Source of the DNA: Auanema rhodensis
Lineage: Eukaryota > Animalia > Nematoda
NCBI GenBank assembly: GCA_964057225.1
Contig: OZ059895.1
Coordinates: forward strand, 9,920,001 to 9,984,000
Reading direction: 5' to 3'
DNA: 64,000 bases
Shown: piece by piece, positions 16,287 to 26,143 of the stretch
How the letters are laid out: each line of letters starts with the position of its first letter
Position numbering within the stretch: position 1 is the stretch's first letter
The notes under the pieces: generated by a model
What the model saw: only the letters and a program-made list of their open reading frames with translations
Told to the model about the DNA's origin: nothing
Database searches by the model: none
Program-made: the position numbers and the translations under genes

Positions 16287-17766
16287 CAAGTTGGAATAAT
16301 CTGGATGAGTGGGAACAAACCAATAATACGGAAAATAACAACAACTGTTACCCAACAGGCAGTTCAGATACTCTCGAACAACTGTTACCTATTACTTGGA
16401 ATAACAGAAGAGTAAACGAAGAAGAATTTGAACAAAATTCAGAAACACCTGACGACCTTGCTATAGCAAGAGGAATAACAAATTTTAATATACAATTAGA
16501 AGATGAATCGACAACAATCGACAGTATTCAAGAGGACCTCAGACAGCTGACACCTTTCTCTGAAAAAGAAAGTTCTTATGAAAACGATATAGAAGATAAT
16601 AACGCAAAAACATACGAAAAGCTACGAGATCATTTCAAAAATAAAAACAGAAAGGAACTATTTGAGGACAGAAACAAAAACTCACCAGCAATCAGAAATT
16701 GGAACACAACACTTGCCGCAGCACTAGGAATAGGAAAGGAAAACTCACGCCCGTATCATGTTAAACTACAACACAAAAGAAAAACACAAGACGAAGAAAT
16801 CAGAAATAATGGAGAATTGGAACTACAAGGAAAAGTGGATCAAAACAAAAAGCAGCAGAATAAATCTCCAACGCAAAACAAAGGAGAACAAGTACGAAAA
16901 TTTTAATTAACTAACAAAAATCGTAGACATGTAAAAATAATTTTTCTTTCTTTCGTATAGTACATTAAACACAAGACATAGATCAAAACCACCGAAATTC
17001 TAATTTCTATCTTTTAATTTCAACAAATTGTAACAATCACTGCAAAAAAAACTATATAAAGAGAAAATTTTGATAGAGAAAATTCAAAAAGACTTTTTAC
17101 TCAAAATGACCTCCTCTCTCGCCAACGTCACACTCTCTACATTCCTCGCAACTCCAACACCACTGGTCCTTCTAGCCACCACTATTCAACAAGAATGGAT
17201 AGAGGTAGGAAACTTTTGTGAAGGTCTTCTACCTATCAACTGCATGCAGCTTAACTTAGGACGCATAATAAGCCTATAAACGAGCAAATTGGAGAAGAAG
17301 ATACAGCACATCCTATTTATGATAGAATTATTAGAGAAGAAAACCAAAAGTTATGAAGAAAACGATCTAGAGGAGCTCCGCTAGCATCAAAAGAAATGGA
17401 CAGAATGATGCTCTCTCAGCCAGAAAAAGAACAGAATCCGACACATAATGCTGGGTACAACCCGCCAGAATGAAGACCACAGCTGACATCTACAAAGCAA
17501 TGCCGACATGGACAACACAGATGACACAGCAACCTGTAGGAAATAACGAAACCAAAGAAGAAGCCTCATAGATAGAGATAGGGCAAGACCTATCAGTAGT
17601 TATCACAAAACTACTAGCAAAACGGACTACCAACATGTCATCATCAAGAAGTAAGGCGAAAGCAGTTAGCCAAACAATCAGAACAATGAAGCTGCTTGGA
17701 CTTGCATCAATTACAAAAATGATCCAGGAAATAGACCAACTGGCGGATTAACGAGAACAGGGAAGG

Positions 17767-18361
17767 TTGAAATCACTTTTAAATTCTATCTCTGTAAAAA
17801 TTTTTTTTCTTTATCAATAGTTTGTTTATCATTGAAAAATTTGTTTCATGCCTATTTTTTAGAATTTTTTTCTTTCTTAATTATTATCTGCATATAACAG
17901 CTGCGGTCAGCTGACTTGTATCCGTTGAAGCATGTTACATACATTTCTCGAAGGAAAGCAGCTGACCATGGCAGCTGCTATTATAAAAATAATGCAAATA
18001 GTTTTTAAGACATTCTGAGAATATTCTAGATGAACTTTTTATAAGCTTTGTAACATTTTTGTGTAAACTGAGTAGGAGTTGTATGGATATATAAACCTGA
18101 GTCCTCAAGACTCAGGCATCTCATTATCTCATTTTCTCTTTATCTCATCATCATCTCTTTATATTCTCTTTCTTTTCTAGCTTAAATCTTTGTATAATTA
18201 TATTATAAAGCGAACAATAAACCTTTATATATTTTATCTCTTCTTTCTTATTTCCCCATACATTATACACTTATATTTAAAATCAAACTCATCTTCTCAT
18301 AGTCTGTTTGGATCTCTCAACTTGGAACCATTGAGAATCTGAATGGAACGTCCTCGTTACA
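17767..18361 (+). repeat. Putative 3' LTR (5' boundary uncertain)
   Basis: Follows the purine tract GAGAACAGGGAAGG. Contains TATATAAA (18088-18095), hairpin CCTGAGTC-n5-GACTCAGG (18096-18116), a pyrimidine-rich tract and AATAAA (18216-18221), and ends ...GTTACA. There is no second copy to confirm it. Confidence 0.5.
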
Positions 18362-18712
18362 GTTTTTTTTCCAATTTCATGTTAGTTATGTAATTTTCCA
18401 CGTTCCATCTGGATCCCTCGATGATATCAAATCTCATGAGCTCCAAATACAATAAATTAAAGAAGGTTTCACAGTTGTATGGTGTTTAAGCAATGTTTGT
18501 TTCGATAAGAAATAGATAGAAACAGTAAAGTTAAGATAAAGGTTCATTAACTACTGGTTTATAACTGTAATATAGAAATAAGATTGGAGATAATTTGCTG
18601 CCTTGGGTTGAGCTATATAAGTTAAAACTGCTTGAAAATTGAAAACATTTGTTACGGAAGAGATAAAATTGAAAATCAGCCGCATGGCGACTTTCAATGT
18701 GTTATGATCGTT
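18351..18712 (-). repeat. Single diverged satellite monomer in inverted orientation
   Basis: Reverse complement of the 400-bp monomer (e.g. ttccatctggatccctcgatgatatc, ctactggtttataactg). Its 5S part has decayed to ACGATCATAACACATTGAAAGTCGCCAT. Confidence 0.95.
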
Positions 18713-18727
18713 AAAAAAATTTGAAAA
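18713..18727 (-). terminator. Pol III oligo-T terminator of the 5S gene
   Basis: TTTT immediately follows the 5S 3' end, then a T7 run (TTTTCAAATTTTTTT). Confidence 0.75.
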
Positions 18728-18844
18728 GCTTATGGCACCGGGATTCCCAAGCCGTCTCCGATCCAAGTACTAACCGGGCCCAACGTTGCTTGACTTGCCA
18801 GATCGGACGGGATGGCGTACCTTCAACGTGGTATGGTCGTAAGG
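18727..18844 (-). rRNA. 5S rRNA: 5S rRNA gene, near full length (118 nt), probably a pseudogene
   Basis: Minus strand reads CCTTACGACCATACCACGTTGAAGGTACGCCATCCCGTCCGATCTGGCAAGTCAAGCAACGTTGGGCCCGGTTAGTACTTGGATCGGAGACGGCTTGGGAATCCCGGTGCCATAAGCT, a recognisable nematode-type 5S with box A and box C. G1 is replaced by C, and the 3' strand of helix I has mismatches. Confidence 0.93.
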
Positions 18845-20428
18845 GTATTTCTACATATACACCAATAGACATATACAAATTTGAATACACTCTACATGTA
18901 CGCGGGAAATACTACATGTACGCGGCTACTGTGTATATGTCGATTGGTTATTTTAAATTAAATCAATAATTTCATCAAAAGTACATTGATAGTTCTATTT
19001 ATTTTCAAAGTTTGTTGCTCATCTAATGAGAAACAGTTAAAATACTCATGCTTATGAGTACGAAAAGTTTGTGACACTTTTCATGGGGGATCCGAATTCG
19101 TTTATAAGATGAGAAAAAACTATCTCATGTCATTTCAAATCTCCGCTGTAACTGAATAGAATTATCTATGTCTGCTGGTTTGCGCTCACGGAAGTACTTC
19201 AATCCTGATGAAGTAATCGATTTCTTCAATAGAAGGTGCGGTTGTTTCAATCTTAGCAATGATAGTTTTAAACGTTTTAGTGAAAATGAAATATTAGAAT
19301 AAAAGCCTAAGTTCGAGAAAATGACTGTTGGAACTGTGTTTTTTTTTTTAGTAAAGAAAGTGTGAACTCTGTCAGCAGTGTGACTCGTGATCAATTTTCG
19401 CCTTGGACAGGGAGAGGTATGTATTGTTGTTTCTTTATATTCTTATAGTAAATACTCAATTATCGACTATTCTTTGAAATAGTTCCTGATCATTCTCAGA
19501 AACAACTTGTAGTAATCAAGAAAACTTTTTTTGTTTTATTTTTCGTTCGCTTTAGTTAACAATATTCGATATGATACTATAACTGATTATTGTCAACTCT
19601 ACTATGAGAATGAAAAGTTTTTCAAAAATGGATCAAACTCATCTTTGTCTTTGACAATGATCAGAAATGATCACAAAAAGTATGAATGTTTTTACAGAGA
19701 GGTCTTTCTAAATTTTAATTTTTTTCTTATGTTTTTTGCTTAGATTTATTATGTGATGAATAAAAAATCTTTGTTTCCTGCTCTTCTCTATATTTATAGT
19801 GGTAAGGTATTCGAATTTATCTAGCATAGTGCTGAATAATTATTTTAATTACAGGTTGAGTTCATCGTCTCTTCTTCCGAAGTATTTCGTAAAATCGATC
19901 CTTCTGAAGCAGAAATAGCAAAAAAAGCTTTAGAACATAGAACTACGCACAAAGCACAATCTTATCTTCAAAATATCGGCTTGTCCATCTCAAACAAAAC
20001 AGTTTGTAGTTTTTTTTAATATAAAAGATTTATGAATTTCAGCTAAGCAGTCTGACTCGCAGTGTCAAAGATCACGTTAAAAGCCGCCAAGGACGAAAGG
20101 CACCTCTAGATTTTCATTCTACTTTCTTTCAAGTGAGTTAGAAAGAGTTTCTTGAATTTTTTGCTTTTTTAGATCAGCAGTTTCTGGAAAAAATACATAT
20201 TTATTATTGGGAATGATGATCCATACTCGAAAAGAAAGTGAAAATCACAAACATTTTAGCAAGTTTTTAAATGGTTTGTTTGATGAATATTCAGAGGAAA
20301 AAAGCATAGGGTTGATCGTTCATGATGGAGAACTGAATTTTAGTTTTTACAACACGGTATATATATTTTTTTTAAATTTATAAACATATATCAGGGTTCA
20401 TTCTTCAAAGACGCGATTGTCATAAGCT
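18843..20428 (+). mobile_element. Mutator-like (MULE) DNA transposon remnant, left copy
   Basis: Starts with GGGTATTTC and a structured end region. Later spliced exons (20173-20356, 20395-20428) encode SAVSGKNTYLLLGMMIHTRKE...IGLIVHDGE...GSFFKDAIVIS, the MULE second catalytic Asp region leading toward CxxH. The DTTF exon is deleted in this copy. Assigning 18843-19930 to the element is inference. Confidence 0.65.
18861..18948. repeat. 17-bp inverted repeat enclosing a 14-bp direct repeat
   Basis: ACCAATAGACATATACA (18861-18877) pairs with TGTATATGTCGATTGGT (18932-18948) at 16/17 positions. CTACATGTACGCGG occurs at 18892-18905 and 18912-18925. Confidence 0.9.
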
Positions 20429-21945
20429 ACGAGTCCTCTGCCTTCTGCTTTGATTCTTATGTATGGGAGTTCTCTTTTGTTCGTTGCACAGCATCCAACA
20501 AAAAGTATAATAATAGGAATAAAAGTGATGACAGTAGGAAAATATCTTCGAATTGTTTCGTCGTCGGCTGAAGCGTCAATGTCGGCGTTGAGTAGTTCAT
20601 GTTGTTCAACTGCATTCACATCTAAGATAGGAACTTTCTCTTTGATATAAGATACAACAATAATGCATAATGCTGATCCAAAGATTAATATAACTATCAT
20701 GATACCTGCAGAGATGAACATTCTGTTAAGGGATCCCGCAAAGAAATCAACTCCTCGTTCCCATTGTGATGATGCAATATTTTGAGTAGAACTAAGAAGT
20801 TCGTTATTTTTTGTAAACCATTCTAATAAGCCTGGCAAATTTTCTCGATTCGTGATGACTCGTAGAAAATTTCTATGAGGATTGGTAGCAAAAATGTGTC
20901 CATATGTTAGGCTTATTGTTCTAACTAAGTTTTCATCGGTGATGTTCTCCTAAAGATTTCTTTGTGAAAATCGAATGGCTGCTAGATCGGGATAATGATG
21001 TGAACCAATGTTTAATGCATTCACGTTTGTAATTCCATTGAGAGATTTCCATTCTCCATCTTCTTTCCATATATCGTTTTCTACTGTTTCGCATGGAATT
21101 TCAGTTCCATATGCTTCTAGATCTGCTGAATCTTGAGGTGCAAAGTAGAGGCGGTCATCATCCGTGATGACGGGTGTTTCCAAATAACACTTATCTTTGT
21201 ATGTGTGGTTGCGATAAATGTAGAGTGGTTCTATTGGTTGACAGGTTGAAACCCTAATAAGATTTCGTCCAATTATTCGAGCAGCTATATCATCTCGTTG
21301 CATGATAGATCTGATAGCAATTGTAGGATTGATGTTAAATATAGTTTGCCATGTCTTAATAAGTTCCAGTTGAGCATGACATATGCTGTGATGCTGATGA
21401 TGAAATTCTTCGACCAGTATGGTTCTCATTCGTTCGAATCCATAGTTGAGTTTGTTGATAATAGTTAATGCATCTCGATGTCGAAGTATAGTATTCTGAT
21501 GATCAGTTAAGTGAGCGCCAAATAATTTTCCAGTAATATTCAAAATATGGATAGCTGACAGTAAAAATTGATGATATCGAGCAATAACAGTCAGGTTCTG
21601 ATATTCGTTGTTGACTGATTGATAGTGATACCAATTATGAATATATCTTATGGTATTTCCGACGAATTTGTTGATTGTTCAAAGCGTTGGCGTAAAGAAT
21701 CCATGTGATTATCCAAATAACTTGTCAGATCCAATAGAGAATATGCCTGCGGATAATCAATAAACGAGACTAGAGTCTCAGTAGTGGATTCAAAAATTGG
21801 TGAAGAAAAACAAGATTGAGTTGTAGTAAGTGCCGAGGTGTTGGCTAAGACAAGTGATGTTTCTAGACTTGATATTAGCAATGTTTGATTTCCAAGTATT
21901 CCATATAGAGGTCCAATACGTGTGTATTGGCATGGTGCAGATTAT
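20429..21945 (-). pseudogene. Herpesvirus gB-like (class III) envelope glycoprotein remnant, followed in frame by the start of a putative retropepsin
   Basis: ICHAQ...NPTIAIRSIMQRDDIAARIIGRNLIRVSTC resembles the gB motif NPxxIxSxxxGRxVxARxxGDVxxVSxC. It is followed by CY-x-x-P, several N-glycosylation sequons, a TM segment (FISAGIMIVILIFGSALCIIVVSYI) and LPYIRIKAEGRGLVA. The region has deletions, frameshifts and a stop. Confidence 0.75.
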
Positions 21946-22200
21946 TGTTGTGAGCAGGAATGGTAATGCAATAGTATTTATATTGAATCGAGGTTTCCAT
22001 CGTCTTTGATTGTCTTGATTCTCTCTTGGATACTTGTCTCTATTTTCTCTCGGATAGTTTTCTTTATTTTCTCTTGGGTAGTTGTCTCCTCGAGATTCTC
22101 TTCGATAGTTGTTGCGATTATTCCTTGAAAAATTGTCACGATTTCCTCTTGGATAATTGTTGCGAGATTCTCTCGCCCTCGTTCTCGAATTTCCGAAAAA
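21942..22200 (-). pseudogene. Arg/Asn-rich basic repeat region (Gag C-terminus/nucleocapsid-like) followed by a signal-peptide-like stretch
   Basis: Manual translation, absent from the ORF track: RESRNNYPRGNRDNFSRNNRNNYRRESRGDNYPRENKENYPRENRDKYPRENQDNQRRWKPRFNINTIALPFLLTTII. Confidence 0.6.
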
Positions 22201-22923
22201 ATGGAGTTATATGCCGAGATGGCACAATCATTTTGTTAGAGCAGCTGAGGAAGGAGAAAAATTCTTTCGATTACCGAAAGTCCAGCAGCGTTTGCAAATC
22301 GGTTGAATATATCGATGTAAGATCGAAAGATGATTCGAGATGATAATAGGATATGATTATATGACAATGTGATTCATAAATTAGAGAAGTGAGTATGGCG
22401 GACAAATCAAAATATCAATTGTTACTGAATAACAATGAATTACCAAACAAGGCATCTTTCAAATTCCAAATTCTTTGTTGCAACTTGAATCAACAATCAA
22501 AAATTATGAGAGGAAGGTTTAAATTCAAATGACAAATGATACAGCGGATGTTATTTTCTTACAGTGGCCATTCTGTTAGTACAAACTTGTAATCTTTATC
22601 AAAAATTTCGCAAATTGACTTTCTCAAGGTCCCAGTTTGCTTATATCAAACAGCTTTTTCATTTTCAAAAAATAATATATATTTTCCGCCACAATGAAGA
22701 ATCAAAATACAACAGCTCAGAAAAAAAAATCGAAAAGTTGGCCAATTCAGTATCTCACCCTTGCGCAAAATATACCCTGTTTTTTTAAAAAAAAATAAGT
22801 GAGACCCTTCGTACTGAATTGGAAAGAGAGGTGGTAGCCCAGGGAAATAGCTCAAAAAAATTCTCTTTAACTGAATGATAAATCATAATTTATTCGAGTT
22901 CGAAAATCGTAAAAAGATTCTAA

Positions 22924-22936
22924 GGTGGAACCTCCA
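22924..22936 (-). other. Primer-binding site, tRNA-Gln
   Basis: TGGAGGTTCCACC directly follows the LTR end ...TTACA and is complementary to the tRNA-Gln 3' end GGTGGAACCTCCA. Confidence 0.8.
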
Positions 22937-23331
22937 TGTAATATCCTTGGTTTGGATATTAATGTTCCGTGTTAGTAACCCTTAGATTGATTTGTTGTAA
23001 AAGAAACATTAACATTTGAGGAAGAGAGAAAGATTTATTATAAATAGAAAACATTTAAACAATAAACAAATAAAAGATAAAGATAAATCCGCCGCCTGAT
23101 GATTCAGTTGAATGTCAAGCTTATATAGCGATTGTTATCAACATTTTCCACGCAAGGTTTTAAGTTGTCAATGACAATTGTAATTATCTTGGAAAATGCT
23201 GAGGTTGTAAAATATAACTGATAACATAATACACTAAGACAAAAAATTAGAATTATAAAATATAAAATACAGAATAAAGAAATACATAAAAATTATAGAA
23301 AGAATAAAGTACAAAATTATAAAGTATTACA
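22937..23331 (-). repeat. 5' LTR (395 bp) of a tRNA-Gln-primed LTR element
   Basis: Perfect 7-bp terminal inverted repeats TGTAATA...TATTACA. TATATAA (23121-23127) and AATAAA (23034-23039) are in the correct order on the minus strand, with an adjacent PBS. Confidence 0.85.
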
Positions 23332-23581
23332 TATACGGTTTAACAAATAGCTTTTTGCCGTGTTCGTATTTGTGTGAGATAGATTTGCACAAGCGTCTGA
23401 TTTGGGGAATCCATATTCTTTCTCGTAGCGCTTGAGATAGAGTGGATGAAGAACAGTGTTTGAGCAAAATATGGTTAAGTTGAGCGTATAACGTAGTTAT
23501 GAAACTTTCTTTTGTCAAAAAAATCTCAAGCAACACAAGAGTTGTTTGAGAATCTAGAAACATATAATGTTTTGGAATCAA
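23332..23581 (-). pseudogene. BEL/Pao integrase zinc-binding (HHCC) domain fragment, interrupted by the LTR
   Basis: HILLKHCSSSTLSQALRERIWIPQIRRLCKSISHKYEHGKKLFVKPY fits Pao-type H..H...TL..LR..WIP..R..K..CxxCKK...PY, with both Cys mutated. Confidence 0.75.
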
Positions 23582-23623
23582 ATAATAAAATGTGTGAACT
23601 GAGAGCTAACACTTTGCTAATAT

Positions 23624-24814
23624 TTGCTAATATCAAGTCTAGAAACATCACTTGTCTTAGCCAACACCTCGGCACCTACTAGAACTCAATCTTGTTTTTC
23701 TTCACCAATTTTTGAATCCACTACTGAGACTCTAGTCTCGTTTATTGATTACCCGCAGGCATATTCTCTATTGGATCTGACAAGTTATTTGGATAATCAC
23801 ATGGATTCTTCACGCCAACGCTTTGAACACTCAACAAATTCGTCTTTAATTGCGCCATTTCGCTCAGAAATGGAATACAAGTTAACTCCTATTAAAATAT
23901 TAGATCTACCGTTTGCTCGATATACTGTCACGTCTGGCGGATATACCATAAGATATATTCATAATTGGTATCACTATCAATCAATCAGCAACGAATATCA
24001 GAACCTGACTGTTATTGCTCGATATCATCAAATTTTACTGTCAGCTGTCCATATTTTGAATATTACTGATCATACTATAGACTACTGGGCAAATTTGAAA
24101 GATTTCCGCGATCCGAATATTCTCTTACTACATGCTCTAGGAGGAGAAGAAAGCAAGATGATTACAAAAATGTGGATCGAACAAATGGAACCTACTTTTG
24201 TCATTGGTCAACTAGCACAACGACTTCCTATCAACTATATAAAAAGAATAGTTAAACCAGGCAATTCTACAATATCGGTTGCAAGAGATAAATTATGGGA
24301 GTTGATACAAATTCGTGTGGAGTTGACCACTCGAATTTTTAATATTCACAGTATATCAAAACCATTTCAACCTCACATTTGGAGATCCACGTTCTGTGGT
24401 ACATAAAGCAAAAGAATTACTTCATGAACTACGTTATCCATATTCTGAACCTCAACTATTGGAATATTACCAAATGAAACTGTTCTTTCATAGTCATTTT
24501 ATGCAACAACAAGTGAAAGATCAAGTCTATGCAATGAAATTAAAACTGGTTATATTAATCTTTGGATCAGCATTATGCATTATTGTTGTATCTTATATCA
24601 AAGAGAAAGTTCCTATCTTAGATGTGAATGCAGTTGAACAACATGAACTACTCAACGCCGACATTGACGCTTCAGCCGACGACGAAACAATTCGAAGATA
24701 TTTTCCTACTGTCATCACTTTTATTCCTATTATTATACTTTTTGTTGGATGCTGTGCAACGAACAAAAAAGAACTCCCATACATAAGAATCGAAGCAGAA
24801 GGCAGAGAACTCGT
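23624..24814 (+). pseudogene. Second, inverted copy of the env/protease remnant with different internal deletions
   Basis: Shares LISSLETSLVLANTS..., TIRYIHNWYHYQS...ILNIT and VILIFGSALC...LVA with the minus-strand copy. It carries a unique middle segment (~24070-24548). Confidence 0.8.
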
Positions 24815-25749
24815 AGCTTATGACAATCGCGTCTTTGAAGAATGAACCCTGATATATGTTTATAAATTTAAAAAAAATATATATACCGTGTTGTAAAAAC
24901 TAAAATTCAGTTCTCCATCATGAACGATCAACCCTATGCTTTTTTCCTCTGAATATTCATCAAACAAACCATTTAAAAACTTGCTAAAATGTTTGTGATT
25001 TTCACTTTCTTTTCGAGTATGGATCATCATTCCCAATAATAAATATGTATTTTTTCCAGAAACTGCTGATCTAAAAAAGCAAAAAATTCAAGAAACTCTT
25101 TCTAACTCACTTGAAAGTCTTGCAGATTCCAACAGCCAGAGTCACATATTCAGAAGTGGATAAAGAGAACGTTGTATCAATCATCACACATGTACCAACC
25201 ACAAGCAAACTTCCGCTGCAATTAACATTCGAAAGAAATGAGGCTGTAAAAAGATAGAATTGCACAGAGTCTTTTGAGCTGGTTTACAGAAATAAGCTTC
25301 ACGTTCTTGTTCCATCATAAAATCTAGTTTTTTAACGGCAGCTCTGTGATTTATTAAATCATTTTTATTTGGTAGAGCTCTCGAAAAACAACTAATTGCT
25401 ACTGGATAGCCGATGAGTATACGAACTTTTAAAGTTCCATCAACTGAAACGCCATGGGATGATCATTGAATCAAGATGAAAGTAGTAACCATGGTTCTGA
25501 ATATGAGGTTTTTCTATTTTTTCTTTTTTGTGAAGATTAGTTAAATATCTATCCATGATAGAATGAAAATCTAGAGGTGCTTTTCGTCCTTGGCGGCTTT
25601 TAACGTGATCTTTGACACTGCGAGTCAGACTGCTTAGCTGAAATTCATAAATCTTTTATATTAAAAAAAACTACAAACTGTTTTGTTTGAGATGGACAAG
25701 CCGATATTTTGAAGATAAGATTGTGCTTTGTGCGTAGTTCTATGTTCTA
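24815..25749 (-). pseudogene. Spliced MULE (Mutator) DDE transposase remnant, right copy
   Basis: Exons 25243-25111, 25070-24887 and 24848-24815, joined across 40- and 38-nt GT-AG introns, give one frame: ...CVMIDTTFSLSTSEYVTLAVGICKTFKSAVSGKNTYLLLGMMIHTRKESENHKHFSKFLNGLFDEYSEEKSIGLIVHDGELNFSFYNTGSFFKDAIVIS. This includes the DxTF and DGE catalytic motifs. Confidence 0.8.
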
Positions 25750-25755
25750 TATGTT

Positions 25756-25812
25756 TACCACGTTGAAAGTACGCCATCCCGTCCGATCTGGCAAGTCAAG
25801 CAACGTTAGGCC
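25756..25812 (+). pseudogene. 5S rRNA fragment (nt 12-68)
   Basis: TACCACGTTGAAAGTACGCCATCCCGTCCGATCTGGCAAGTCAAGCAACGTTAGGCC has 2 differences from the copy at 18727-18844. Confidence 0.93.
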
Positions 25813-26141
25813 TGTCACGGTCAACGTGAAAATACGTACTTTATTGCGGTAACGTTTTGTTTGTATTTTTTGGATTAACTCCACCCCCTTTAACCATCTG
25901 GTGCCTCCCTATAAAAGGGAGAACCAAATGGTTAAAATTTTATGTCTCACCAATTTTGTATTGATTTTAGGATTTTCTAGGAAATTCTAAAATCAATCCA
26001 CTTGTTCACTTTACTGTTGTTGCATTTGTTGAATAAACCTTTCTTCATTTAACTTGTCTTAACGCATAATACCGCACTCATACGAACCAATTCCATACTT
26101 GGACTGATACTTGGAGGTAAAAGTCCAGTTGTCAAACGACA
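25813..26141 (+). repeat. 5' LTR (329 bp) of a BEL/Pao element
   Basis: TGTC...GACA termini, TATAAAA at 25910-25916, AATAAA at 26032-26037, and a PBS 2 nt downstream. Confidence 0.88.
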
Positions 26142-26143
26142 TT

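Larger units (their letters stand above)
16019..18361 (+). mobile_element. 3' remnant of a Gypsy-type LTR retrotransposon (integrase tail, acidic/A-rich decayed coding region, putative 3' LTR)
   Basis: The integrase tail is followed by purine-rich decayed coding sequence, a purine tract (~17752-17766) and an LTR-like segment. Confidence 0.65.

Noticed and set aside
18551-18969. ORFs 18551-18766 and 18721-18969
   Set aside because: They overlap the 5S gene and satellite and are spurious.
20398-20428. YDNRVFEE* as the natural C-terminus of the env ORF
   Set aside because: These codons are the antisense of the MULE exon (GSFFKDAIVIS), so the stop is a product of the chimeric junction.
22559-22860. 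TA-CAGTGGCC resembling a Tc1/mariner end, plus short ORFs
   Set aside because: I found no matching inverted terminus or transposase. It could equally be a splice acceptor, so the region is left unassigned.
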